A DNA stretch of 64,000 bases from the NCBI GenBank assembly GCA_902578305.1, contig CACHCK010000003.1, positions 66,492 to 130,491 of the forward strand, read 5' to 3'. The notes beneath the pieces were generated by a model that did not search any database, was not told the origin of the DNA, and worked only from the letters and a program-made list of their open reading frames with translations. This DNA comes from an uncultured Pelagibacteraceae bacterium. GTDB lineage: Bacteria; Pseudomonadota; Alphaproteobacteria; Pelagibacterales; AG-422-B15. A program made the position numbers and the translations under genes. How positions within the stretch are numbered: position 1 is the first letter of the stretch; every line of letters begins with the position of its first letter. Below are positions 20,135 through 29,330 of the stretch, in pieces.

Positions 20135-20428
20135 ATGAACAAACAAGACTTAATAGCAAAAGTAGCTGATGTTACAGGTATGCAAAAATCTGACTCAGAA
20201 AAGGCAGTAAATGCAGTTTTTGACCAAATTACTGATGTTCTTAAAGCGAGAGGAGAAGTAAGATTGGTAGGCTTTGGCACATTTAAAACATCAATTAGAA
20301 AAGCATCTCAAGGGCGAAATCCACGTACCAATGAGGTTATTCAAATCCCTCAGTCAACTAGACCTAAGTTTACTGCAGGTAAAGGTTTGAAAGAAGCTGT
20401 TAATAATGCCGGCGATGGAGGAATGTAG
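20135..20428 (+). CDS. hupB: HU DNA-binding protein
   Basis: MNKQDLIAKVA, VRLVGFGTF, GRNPRT, PKFTAGKGLKEAVN. Confidence 0.96.
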   Translation: MNKQDLIAKVADVTGMQKSDSEKAVNAVFDQITDVLKARGEVRLVGFGTFKTSIRKASQGRNPRTNEVIQIPQSTRPKFTAGKGLKEAVNNAGDGGM

Positions 20429-20454
20429 TTCCTTAACTGCTGACTAAATTATTT

Positions 20455-20496
20455 AAAATCCGATCACTCTTTAATAAAGTGTGGTCGGATTTTTTT
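20455..20496 (+). terminator. Intrinsic terminator after hupB
   Basis: AAAATCCGATCAC...GTGGTCGGATTTT stem (one G.U pair) followed by a T-run at 20490-20496. Confidence 0.85.
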
Positions 20497-20544
20497 ATAA
20501 ATATCGGTGAATATTAACTAAAATAGATATATAACAGTCTTTCC

Positions 20545-20620
20545 GGGCGATTAGCTCAGCTGGAAGAGCGTCACGTTTACACCGTGAATGTCGGGAGTTC
20601 GAACCTCTCATCGCCCACCA
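20545..20620 (+). tRNA. tRNA-Val(TAC)
   Basis: 76 nt; GGGCGAT/ATCGCCC plus ACCA; anticodon arm TCACG-TT-TAC-AC-CGTGA. Confidence 0.96.
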
Positions 20621-20652
20621 TTTCCTCACACGAGATGGAAAAATTAAACTGT

Positions 20653-20730
20653 GGGGGTGTAGCTCAGTCTGGTTAGAGCGCCTGCCTGTCACGCAGGAGG
20701 TCGCGGGTTCGAGTCCCGTCACTCCCGCCA
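20653..20730 (+). tRNA. tRNA-Asp(GTC)
   Basis: GGGGGTG/CACTCCC plus GCCA; anticodon arm CCTGC-CT-GTC-AC-GCAGG; GGTTCGAGTCC. Confidence 0.96.
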
Positions 20731-20868
20731 CATGATTATTCTTAAGAAAATAGGATTTAATGTTTTGTTTTTGCAACAAGTTTTAAAGAAATTGATTGGA
20801 TACAATAGTTTATAAGCTCATTAAAAATATCAAAATCTACTAATGACGGTTATAGTTGATAGATACAA

Positions 20869-22383
20869 ATGATTTACTGCCGCTACATAAAAAATACTCT
20901 ATATGCTCTTATGATGTTTGGCATAATTTTGACTGCTCAAGTTCATGCAAGTGAATTTAAAGTTGGCTTTGCTAAGATGCCGATCACCCCTAATCTAATT
21001 GATGAATGGGAAGATATAAATAATGATGCTCAATTTGATGCAGATATTGATAAGTGGACTGATATAAATGGCAATGGTCGATTTGATGCAGTGTGGATGG
21101 CTGGTTTTCAAAATAAACGAGCTGCCCAAGGTATTAAAGATGATTTGATGTCCGTAGCCGTTGTAATAGATGATGGCCAGACACGAATAGGTATCATAAG
21201 TGCTGATACAATAGGGTTAATGCGAAAATTTGTAATCAGTGTCCGTGAGGATGTTCCTGCTGATTGGGGCCTAGATTACATTATGGTCCACGCAACACAT
21301 AATCATGAAGGCCCAGATACTCAAGGTCTTTGGGGCCCGAGTTTTTTAAAAAGTGGTGTCAACGATGCCTATATGAAGCGGCTTAAAAAAGATTTTATAA
21401 GCACATTAAAGATGGCGATTGATAACTTAGAGGCTGCAGAAATGAGTTTGGCTTTAATTCCGACTAATCCACTTACCCCTATTAAAGATAAACGAAGACC
21501 TATCGTTATAGATGATGATATAAGGGCAATTTTATTCAATCGCCCTGACGGCTCAATTATTGGTTCTTTAATCAATTTCGGAATTCATGTCGAGCTTGCA
21601 TGGGATAAAAACTTAGACATAACCTCTGATGTTGCTGGCTACTTAAGAAAAGGTATCAGTCATGGAATTTATTATGATGACAAGTTAATTAAACCTGGTC
21701 TTGGCGGAACCACGCTATGGCTTACAGGAAATATAGGAGGCTTGATGACATCAGGGCCAACCGATCCAATTTATGATCCTGTTTTGGAAAAAATGATTAC
21801 TAAACCAAGTCATACTAAAGCTCGCGCATATGGTTATAGCCTTGCAAACAGTGTTATAGAGGCATTTCAAGCAGGCGATTTTAAGACTTCTCCTAAGCCA
21901 TCACTAAGTATCCAATCACAAGAAATAGAATTAGGTATAGAAAACTTGATGCTCTCATTTGGCACTTTGCTTGGTATAATTGATGCTGATACTAAATTCA
22001 GTCTGAGGCCACCATTTATACGTTATCTAAGTGAGGTAGCATTCATACAAATAGGAGATGCATCTATTACTGGAATTCCTGGAGAGCTTTATCCAGAAAT
22101 TGCTATCGGTGGCATTGAAAACCCTAAAGGAGCTGATTATGTTATTGCGCCACAAGAAGTTCCAAATTTACGAAGTCAATTTCCAGACAAACTGAACTTG
22201 ATGGTGAATTTAGCAAATGACTCAATCGGTTACATCATCCCAAAAAGTGAGTGGGACGATGACGCTCCTTGGATCTATGGAGAAAGTGAAGAAACATATG
22301 GCGAGGTAGTGTCCTTGGGCCCAGATACGGCAACAGTGATTCACGAAAATATCATTAAGTTGATAGAAGAGTCAGAAAAATAA
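20869..22383 (+). CDS. Secreted neutral/alkaline ceramidase-like Zn amidohydrolase
   Basis: Signal peptide ending AQVHA; VGFAKMPITP, HATHNHEGPD, INFGIHVE, IPGELYPE, NLANDSIGYI, the motif set of the ceramidase N-terminal domain. Substrate is not established. Confidence 0.7.
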   Translation: MIYCRYIKNTLYALMMFGIILTAQVHASEFKVGFAKMPITPNLIDEWEDINNDAQFDADIDKWTDINGNGRFDAVWMAGFQNKRAAQGIKDDLMSVAVVIDDGQTRIGIISADTIGLMRKFVISVREDVPADWGLDYIMVHATHNHEGPDTQGLWGPSFLKSGVNDAYMKRLKKDFISTLKMAIDNLEAAEMSLALIPTNPLTPIKDKRRPIVIDDDIRAILFNRPDGSIIGSLINFGIHVELAWDKNLDITSDVAGYLRKGISHGIYYDDKLIKPGLGGTTLWLTGNIGGLMTSGPTDPIYDPVLEKMITKPSHTKARAYGYSLANSVIEAFQAGDFKTSPKPSLSIQSQEIELGIENLMLSFGTLLGIIDADTKFSLRPPFIRYLSEVAFIQIGDASITGIPGELYPEIAIGGIENPKGADYVIAPQEVPNLRSQFPDKLNLMVNLANDSIGYIIPKSEWDDDAPWIYGESEETYGEVVSLGPDTATVIHENIIKLIEESEK

Positions 22384-22435
22384 ATTTTTAATCCTTGATA
22401 CTTATTACTCTCAACATATTAAAGTTGATTTTAGT

Positions 22436-23023
22436 TTATTGAAAAAGTGTTGCAGTATCTTTGACGTCTTTAAGAAATTTTTTTCTTATTTTATCAGTAA
22501 CAAATGGAACAGCAAAATATCTTTTATATAAAATACTTTTAATTCCACAAATATGAAATACCCCTCTTTTTAGTCTTCTGATTGGTAAGTTTAAAAAGAA
22601 CGTTGTAATGGCCAGTCTAGGTGAGCCATATGTGCAAAAAATTATTGCTTTTTTGTTACCCAAATTACCCTGCGGGTAACCGTAATTGCCTACTAATTGT
22701 TTAAATGTAAAAGCCCAAGGTGGCGCTAACACTTTATCTATCCACCCTTCAAGAATTGCTGGCATTCTAAAATTCCAGATTGGTGCTATTAAAACAATTG
22801 TATCGCTTTGTTCAATGCGTCTACGGTGGTCCAAAACATCCGGACCAGGATTACCGCCAGCAAAGACTGGATCAAATTTCTCTTTATATAAATCAACCAT
22901 ATCAACTGTATGACCAGCTTTTTTTGCACTTTCAATAAAGGTATCTCTTATGGCTGCATTAAATGAATTATCATCGTAATGCCCATAAACAATAAAAAAT
23001 TTTTTAAACTGTCTTTCTCTCAT
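22436..23023 (-). CDS. NAD(P)H-dependent flavodoxin-fold oxidoreductase (quinone reductase family)
   Basis: VYGHY..SFNAAI, DLYKEKFDPV, IAPIWNFRMPAILEGWIDKV, IFCTYGSP. Confidence 0.85.
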   Translation of the reverse strand: MRERQFKKFFIVYGHYDDNSFNAAIRDTFIESAKKAGHTVDMVDLYKEKFDPVFAGGNPGPDVLDHRRRIEQSDTIVLIAPIWNFRMPAILEGWIDKVLAPPWAFTFKQLVGNYGYPQGNLGNKKAIIFCTYGSPRLAITTFFLNLPIRRLKRGVFHICGIKSILYKRYFAVPFVTDKIRKKFLKDVKDTATLFQ

Positions 23024-23615
23024 TTTGTATTTTCCTAACTTTCATTATTGTCTGATTCTGTAGCATTTTATTGTAAAAATTTTTTATTTTTGGGTAATTA
23101 TCAAGAAAATGATCCTCCTCTAACCAGAAAAGCAGTGTGAACAAATAAAAGTCTGCAGCTGATATTGAGGTACCAACTATATATTCACCTATTTTATTTT
23201 CTAAATAGTTTAAGTAGGTTTCTATGATTGATTTTGATCTATTGATTAAATCATTAGTATTTTCTTTTGAAACGTAATGATCGGGATGAAAATATAGTAA
23301 GATTGCAGGATAAATTGACGAAGACATGAATGCCATAATTTGATGGAAATGAGTCATTCCATTTTTAGTATCAGGGACCAAGTGGCTTTTTCCTTCAGTT
23401 AATTGATAAACTATCGCCAAACTTTCTATTAAACATTCGCCATTTGGTGTCTCAACCATTGGCACTCTACCAAGAGGATTTACGTTAAGTATGGCTTCAT
23501 CACTTTTAAAATTATCACCAATCTCAACAAAATCATATTCAATGGATAGTTCGTGGCAAAGGAACTCAATTATATCAGAACCCCATTCTGATTTACCGAA
23601 GATTTTATATTTCAC
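23004..23615 (-). CDS. Glutathione S-transferase family protein
   Basis: NPLGRVPMV, ESLAI, C-terminal YIVGTSISAADFYLF; GTG start overlapping the upstream TAG. Confidence 0.88.
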   Translation of the reverse strand: MKYKIFGKSEWGSDIIEFLCHELSIEYDFVEIGDNFKSDEAILNVNPLGRVPMVETPNGECLIESLAIVYQLTEGKSHLVPDTKNGMTHFHQIMAFMSSSIYPAILLYFHPDHYVSKENTNDLINRSKSIIETYLNYLENKIGEYIVGTSISAADFYLFTLLFWLEEDHFLDNYPKIKNFYNKMLQNQTIMKVRKIQNERKTV

Positions 23616-24532
23616 TATGGATACCCAGCTTTGGCGTGCTCCACATTAATCGAATAAATCTTTCCAGATTTCACAGCTTTAGCTTCTTCTGGTTCAGACG
23701 CATTAGCCGTACATACAAATAATTTCTTGCCATCTGATCCTCCTAACATACATGCATACGCTCTATTTGGAGTTGTAATTCTATCTGTAATTTTCCCACC
23801 TTCTGTATATCTAACAACCTCTGAGGTAGTTGGAGATGCTATCCAGATCCCCATCTTTTCATCTAAGCAAATACCATCGGGAACAGGGTAAGGAATACCT
23901 TTACCTTCTTTTGGTGTAATTTTTAATAACCGCATTATTCTTGTGGAGTAATAAAATAAATTAGGCATCATATGAGCCCATACTCTTCGATTAGAGAGAT
24001 TTCCATCTGTATCTAAATCAAATGCAGTAAGTCTACCCGCATAGGTTTCGCCAATAATTAGTTTTTTACCATCAGGCGTAATTACAGTTCCATTTGGAAA
24101 GTCTAAATTTGAAGCAGCAATTGAGGAATTTCCATTAGAGTCTACTTTTATAAGTACTGTTGGCTTTATATCTTTTCCGTGATGAATTGATCCAAAATTA
24201 CCTACGTAAGCATTACCTTTTTTATCGATCACCATGTCATTGCACCTAAAAGGTGTAAGTTTTGACATATCTGCATGCTCAGTAAGATTGCCATCTTTAA
24301 ACTTTAGTAGCTTTCTATCGAGCATAGAGACAATAATGAGATCACCATTTGGCAACCAACCCAGGCCAGACGGTTGATTAGGTACATCGACTATTTTTTC
24401 AACATTCCCCATCTCATCTGCGGTCATTACAGCATGATGGTAAAAATCTGAAAACCAAAGTTTGCCATCTTTCCATCTTGGACCCTCAGAAAAGTGAAGG
24501 TTATCTGCGATTAATTTGAAATTACTATTCAT
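23615..24532 (-). CDS. SMP-30/gluconolactonase family protein
   Basis: FSEGPRW, PSGLGWLP, CNDMVID, FPNGTVITPDG, PDGICLD, ACMLGG. Confidence 0.9.
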   Translation of the reverse strand: MNSNFKLIADNLHFSEGPRWKDGKLWFSDFYHHAVMTADEMGNVEKIVDVPNQPSGLGWLPNGDLIIVSMLDRKLLKFKDGNLTEHADMSKLTPFRCNDMVIDKKGNAYVGNFGSIHHGKDIKPTVLIKVDSNGNSSIAASNLDFPNGTVITPDGKKLIIGETYAGRLTAFDLDTDGNLSNRRVWAHMMPNLFYYSTRIMRLLKITPKEGKGIPYPVPDGICLDEKMGIWIASPTTSEVVRYTEGGKITDRITTPNRAYACMLGGSDGKKLFVCTANASEPEEAKAVKSGKIYSINVEHAKAGYP

Positions 24533-24872
24533 ATTTTCTAATTTTATTGATTATTATAATTCAAAACTATTATATGGCTATTTACCAGCAAATTAAGTGT
24601 ATGCAGATACTCACTAAATATTTTGAGAGTTTAATTGATATTAAAAGTCACTGATCAAAGGTCAAATAGTGTTGAAAAATTAGGAAATTTTCTATTTTTT
24701 TCATATATTTTCAAATATGTTAGTCTAATTTTACTCTATTCTTTTATAAATTTATATGCACACCTTTAAAAATTAATCGCTAACGGTCGGAAACACAATT
24801 TTTCCCATATTTTCTATTGTTTTCGAATGATTTGAATATATATTTTCGGTGATACTAATACGATTCTAAAAT

Positions 24873-25238
24873 ATGGACATAGCGATAGCTGATTATTTGC
24901 CAATACTAATTTTTATGTTTGTTGCGTTAGCGATTAGCTGTCTATTTGTTTTGGCAAATTTCTTAGTTGCAGTAAATAACCCTGATCCTGAAAAGAATTC
25001 TGCCTATGAGTGCGGATTTGAACAGTTTGGAGACTCTAGAATGAAGTTTGATGTTCGTTTCTATTTAGTCACATTACTTTTTATTATTTTTGACCTTGAA
25101 GTCGCGTTTCTATTTCCTTGGGCTGTTACATTTGGAACCTTAGGCTTATTTGGCTTTGTTTCAATGATGGTTTTCCTAGCTATTCTAACAATTGGTTTCA
25201 TATATGAGTGGAAAAAAGGAGCATTGGAGTGGCAATAA
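24873..25238 (+). CDS. nuoA: NADH-quinone oxidoreductase subunit A
   Basis: [41 protein letters not shown]. Confidence 0.97.
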   Translation: MDIAIADYLPILIFMFVALAISCLFVLANFLVAVNNPDPEKNSAYECGFEQFGDSRMKFDVRFYLVTLLFIIFDLEVAFLFPWAVTFGTLGLFGFVSMMVFLAILTIGFIYEWKKGALEWQ

Positions 25239-25750
25239 ATACAAATATTGAAGAGACAAGTCCAGAACTAGAAAGATTAAAAAAGTTGTACGCTGATAAG
25301 GGGTTTGTTGTCACCAGTATCAATAACCTTATTAACTGGGCTCGAACAGGCTCTCTGCATTGGATGACTTTTGGATTAGCTTGTTGTGCTGTCGAAATGA
25401 TGCATGTTGGAACACCGCGCTACGACGTTGAGCGTTTTGGCGCAGCTCCAAGAGCATCACCAAGACATGCAGACGTTCTTATAGTGGCAGGCACGTTGAC
25501 AAACAAAATGGCAGCGGCATTAAGAAAAGCTTATGATCAGATGCCAGAACCTCGATATGTAATTTCCATGGGAAGTTGTGCGAATGGTGGAGGGTATTAT
25601 CACTACTCATATTCTGTCGTTAGAGGTTGTGATCGAATAATACCTGTCGACGTTTACGTACCAGGATGTCCACCTACAGCAGAAGGCTTGCTTTATGGAT
25701 TATTGCAGTTACAGAAAAAAATAAGAAGAGAAGGTAACATCAAAAGATAA
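25229..25750 (+). CDS. nuoB: NADH-quinone oxidoreductase subunit B
   Basis: [25 protein letters not shown] at 25229 overlapping the nuoA end is preferred over the track start at 25208. Confidence 0.96.
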   Translation: MAINTNIEETSPELERLKKLYADKGFVVTSINNLINWARTGSLHWMTFGLACCAVEMMHVGTPRYDVERFGAAPRASPRHADVLIVAGTLTNKMAAALRKAYDQMPEPRYVISMGSCANGGGYYHYSYSVVRGCDRIIPVDVYVPGCPPTAEGLLYGLLQLQKKIRREGNIKR

Positions 25751-26343
25751 TGAGCGAGCAAATTGAAATGGCAAAAGCCGCCATTGAAAAAAACTGTAAA
25801 CTGAATGATCTAGATGTAAATTTAGGACAGTTACAACTATCGGTTGATCCAGCAAATTTAGTACCGGTTATTGATTTTGTTAAGAATGATCCAAGCTGTG
25901 AATTTAAGCAAATAACAGATATTGCCGGAGTGGATTTTCCAGAATATGAAAAAAGATTTGAAGTTATTTATCATTTTTTGAGTTTTAGGTTCAATTTGCG
26001 GTTAAGAGTAAAAACTCAGATAAGTGAAGAGGAGTCTTTGCCCAGCATAACATCAATCTTTCCTGCAGCTAATTGGTTTGAGAGAGAAGCATTTGACATG
26101 TATGGAATAACTTTCACGGACCATCCAGATTTAAGAAGAATTTTAACTGATTACGGTTTTGAGGGATATCCTCTACGTAAAGATTTTCCATTAACAGGTA
26201 ATGTCGAAATCAGATATGACGAAATTGATAAAAAAATAGTTCACGAGCCCGTTAAGTTGCAACAAGATTTTAGAAATTTTGACATTCAAAGTCCCTGGGA
26301 AGGAACAAAGTATTTAGATAAGGAAGCAAAAGACAGTGAGTAA
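25750..26343 (+). CDS. nuoC: NADH-quinone oxidoreductase subunit C
   Basis: [35 protein letters not shown]. Confidence 0.97.
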   Translation: MSEQIEMAKAAIEKNCKLNDLDVNLGQLQLSVDPANLVPVIDFVKNDPSCEFKQITDIAGVDFPEYEKRFEVIYHFLSFRFNLRLRVKTQISEEESLPSITSIFPAANWFEREAFDMYGITFTDHPDLRRILTDYGFEGYPLRKDFPLTGNVEIRYDEIDKKIVHEPVKLQQDFRNFDIQSPWEGTKYLDKEAKDSE

Positions 26344-27508
26344 TAATAAAACTGTAACTGTTAATTTTGGACCAGTTCACCCTGCAGCACATGGCGTTTT
26401 AAGACTCATTCTTGATCTAGATGGAGAAATTGTAGAAAGGGCTGACCCGCACATCGGGCTTTTACATAGAGGCACTGAAAAATTAATCGAACATAAAACT
26501 TATCTTCAAGCAATACCATATTTCGACAGACTGGATTATGTTGCACCTATGAACCAGGAGCATGCTTTTGCATTAGCAATAGAAAAATTGCTAAATGTAG
26601 AAGTGCCTTTGAGAGGGCAATATATTAGAGTTTTATTTGCTGAAATTGGGCGTCTCTTAAGCCACCTACTAAATGTTACCACTACAGCAATGGATGTTGG
26701 AGCTATGACACCAATCACATGGGGCTTTGATGAAAGAGAAAAGCTATTAGATTTTTACGAAGAAGTATCTGGATCTAGATTTCATGCAGCCTATTTTCGA
26801 GCAGGTGGTGTTCATCAAGATCTACCAGACGGATTAACTGATAAGATATTTAATTTTTGTAATAACTTCCCAAAAGCAATTGATGATATTGAAAGCATGT
26901 TGACTGAAAATAGAATATTTAAACAACGAAATGTAAATATTGGTAAAGTATCAAAGGAAGATGCTGTTGATCGTGGCTTTAGCGGATTCATATTAAGAGC
27001 ATGCGGTGTACCATGGGATTTAAGAAAGTCACAACCGTATGATTGTTACGACAAACTTGAATTCAAAGTTCCAGTTGGTCAAAACGGGGATTGTTATGAC
27101 CGTTATCTATGTCAGATTGAAGAAATGAGAGAAAGTACAAAAATCATGCTTCAATGTCTTGATCAGATGCCTAAAGGAGAAGTCATCAACAGAGATTCCA
27201 AAATTGCAGCGCCTAAAAGGGAAGATATGAAACAATCAATGGAAGCCATAATTCATCATTTTAAATTTTTTACTGAAGGCTTTCATGTACCTGCAGGAGA
27301 AATCTATTCTGCTGTTGAGGCTCCTAAAGGTGAATTTGGAGTATATTTAATTTCCGATGGAACCAGCAGACCTTATAGATGTAAAATTAGAGCCCCTGGA
27401 TTTGCTCACTTGCAAGCATTTGATTTGCTTTCAAAAGGCCATCTTCTAGCAGATGTCCCTGCAATTCTTGGATCAATTGCAATAGTTTTTGGTGAGGTTG
27501 ATAGATGA
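26336..27508 (+). CDS. nuoD: NADH-quinone oxidoreductase subunit D
   Basis: [27 protein letters not shown], ends FGEVDR. Confidence 0.98.
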   Translation: MSNNKTVTVNFGPVHPAAHGVLRLILDLDGEIVERADPHIGLLHRGTEKLIEHKTYLQAIPYFDRLDYVAPMNQEHAFALAIEKLLNVEVPLRGQYIRVLFAEIGRLLSHLLNVTTTAMDVGAMTPITWGFDEREKLLDFYEEVSGSRFHAAYFRAGGVHQDLPDGLTDKIFNFCNNFPKAIDDIESMLTENRIFKQRNVNIGKVSKEDAVDRGFSGFILRACGVPWDLRKSQPYDCYDKLEFKVPVGQNGDCYDRYLCQIEEMRESTKIMLQCLDQMPKGEVINRDSKIAAPKREDMKQSMEAIIHHFKFFTEGFHVPAGEIYSAVEAPKGEFGVYLISDGTSRPYRCKIRAPGFAHLQAFDLLSKGHLLADVPAILGSIAIVFGEVDR

Positions 27509-28062
27509 GCAATCAAAAAAATACCTTTGTGTTTAATAAGGAAAATGAAATTAGGGCAAAAGAAATTCTTCTTAAATATCCAACTGATAGAAGGCAAAGT
27601 GCAATCATGCCTTTGCTTGATTTAGCGCAAAGACAAAATGAAAACTGGTTGAGCAGAGATATAGTTGAGTATGTAGCTGATTACTTAGAAATGCCTTTTA
27701 TCAAAGCTTGGGAAGTAGTTACTTTTTATTCAATGTATTACACAAAATACAATGGAAAATATTTAGTACAAGTTTGTGGAACAACACCTTGTTGGTTAAG
27801 AGGTTCAGATCAAGTTATAAAGGCGTGTAAAGAAGTTATTTCACCAGAACCAAATACAGTCTCAAGTGATGGTTTATTTTCATGGATGCAAGTTGAGTGT
27901 CTTGGTGCTTGTGTGAACGCTCCACTTGTTCAAATCAATGACGATTATTATGAAGATTTGACTTACGATACAACGAAAAACGTTTTGCAATCTCTTATAG
28001 ATGGATCGCCACTGAGTATAGGTTCACAAAGTGGCCGTAAAAGTTCAAAGGCAGTGTCATAA
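27505..28062 (+). CDS. nuoE: NADH-quinone oxidoreductase subunit E
   Basis: CGTTPC...CLGAC 2Fe-2S ligands. Confidence 0.97.
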   Translation: MSNQKNTFVFNKENEIRAKEILLKYPTDRRQSAIMPLLDLAQRQNENWLSRDIVEYVADYLEMPFIKAWEVVTFYSMYYTKYNGKYLVQVCGTTPCWLRGSDQVIKACKEVISPEPNTVSSDGLFSWMQVECLGACVNAPLVQINDDYYEDLTYDTTKNVLQSLIDGSPLSIGSQSGRKSSKAVS

Positions 28063-29330
28063 TGTTAAAAGAAAAAGATAAAATATTTACTAATTTATTT
28101 GGCGATGAGCCTTTTCATTTAAAAAATGCACAGGCAAGAGGTGATTGGGATAATACAAAAGAACTTATTAAAAAAGGAAGAGAATGGATAATTGATGAGA
28201 TGAAAAAATCTGAGTTAAGGGGAAGAGGAGGTGCAGGTTTCCCTACCGGATTAAAATGGTCATTTATGCCTAAAGACTCAAAGCTTACTAATTACCTTGT
28301 TGTTAATGCAGATGAGTCTGAACCAGGCACTTGCAAAGATAGAGACATGATACGAAATGAGCCTCATAAGCTTATTGAAGGATGCTTGTTAGCATCTTTT
28401 GCTATGAATGCTCATACTTGTTACATTTATATTCGCGGTGAATATTTCAATGAAGCTGTTGTTCTTCAAAAAGCGATTGACGAAGCATACGACGCTGGGT
28501 TAATTGGGAAAAATGCTGCTAAGTCGGGTTGGGATTTTGATATATTCTTACATCGAGGCGCAGGAGCATACATATGTGGAGAGGAGACAGCTCTACTTGA
28601 AAGCTTGGAAGGAAAAAAGGGCCAACCAAGACTCAAACCTCCTTTTCCAGCTAATAAAGGTCTATACGGATCTCCAACTACTGTAAATAATGTTGAAACC
28701 ATAGCTGTTGTTCCAACAATTTTAAGGAGAGGTGGAGAATGGTTTTCATCTTTTGGTCGACCAAAAAATACAGGTACAAAAGTTTTTTGTATTTCTGGTC
28801 ATGTTAATAATCCTTGCAATATAGAGGAAGAAATGAGCATTCCTCTTAGGGAGCTTATAGAAAAGCATGCTGGAGGTGTAACTGGTGGATGGGATAATCT
28901 TAAAGCTGTAATTCCTGGGGGCTCATCTGTTCCACTTATACCAAAATCAACTTGCGATACTGTCCTGATGGATTTCGATTCACTGTCTGCAGTTAAAAGT
29001 GGGTTAGGCACAGCCGCTGTAATCGTAATGGATAAAAGCACTGACCTCGTCAAAGCTATCTCTAAGCTATCTCACTTTTATAAACACGAAAGTTGCGGTC
29101 AATGCACGCCTTGTAGAGAAGGAACAGGGTGGATGTGGAGAATGATGGAGAAGATTGGAAACGGTCATGCAAGTTCAAATGATATTGATAAGTTACTTGA
29201 TGTGACAAAGCAAATTGAAGGCCATACAATTTGCGCGCTTGGTGATGCGGCGGCATGGCCAATTCAAGGATTGTTTAGGCATTTTAGAGATGAAATAGAA
29301 GAGCAACTTAAAAAGACTGAGGCTGCATAA
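28062..29330 (+). CDS. nuoF: NADH-quinone oxidoreductase subunit F
   Basis: [44 protein letters not shown]. Confidence 0.98.
   Translation: MLKEKDKIFTNLFGDEPFHLKNAQARGDWDNTKELIKKGREWIIDEMKKSELRGRGGAGFPTGLKWSFMPKDSKLTNYLVVNADESEPGTCKDRDMIRNEPHKLIEGCLLASFAMNAHTCYIYIRGEYFNEAVVLQKAIDEAYDAGLIGKNAAKSGWDFDIFLHRGAGAYICGEETALLESLEGKKGQPRLKPPFPANKGLYGSPTTVNNVETIAVVPTILRRGGEWFSSFGRPKNTGTKVFCISGHVNNPCNIEEEMSIPLRELIEKHAGGVTGGWDNLKAVIPGGSSVPLIPKSTCDTVLMDFDSLSAVKSGLGTAAVIVMDKSTDLVKAISKLSHFYKHESCGQCTPCREGTGWMWRMMEKIGNGHASSNDIDKLLDVTKQIEGHTICALGDAAAWPIQGLFRHFRDEIEEQLKKTEAA

Noticed and set aside
20495-20779. 94-aa minus-strand ORF in the track
   Set aside because: It is the antisense reading of tRNA-Val and tRNA-Asp
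22411-22432. Terminator between the ceramidase-like gene and the oxidoreductase
   Set aside because: TCAAC/GTTGA is only a 5-bp stem with an 8-nt loop; too weak to call
20731-24872. Intact integrative element or prophage at tRNA-Asp
   Set aside because: No integrase, no duplicated tRNA 3' end (att repeat), no phage genes, no obvious compositional break
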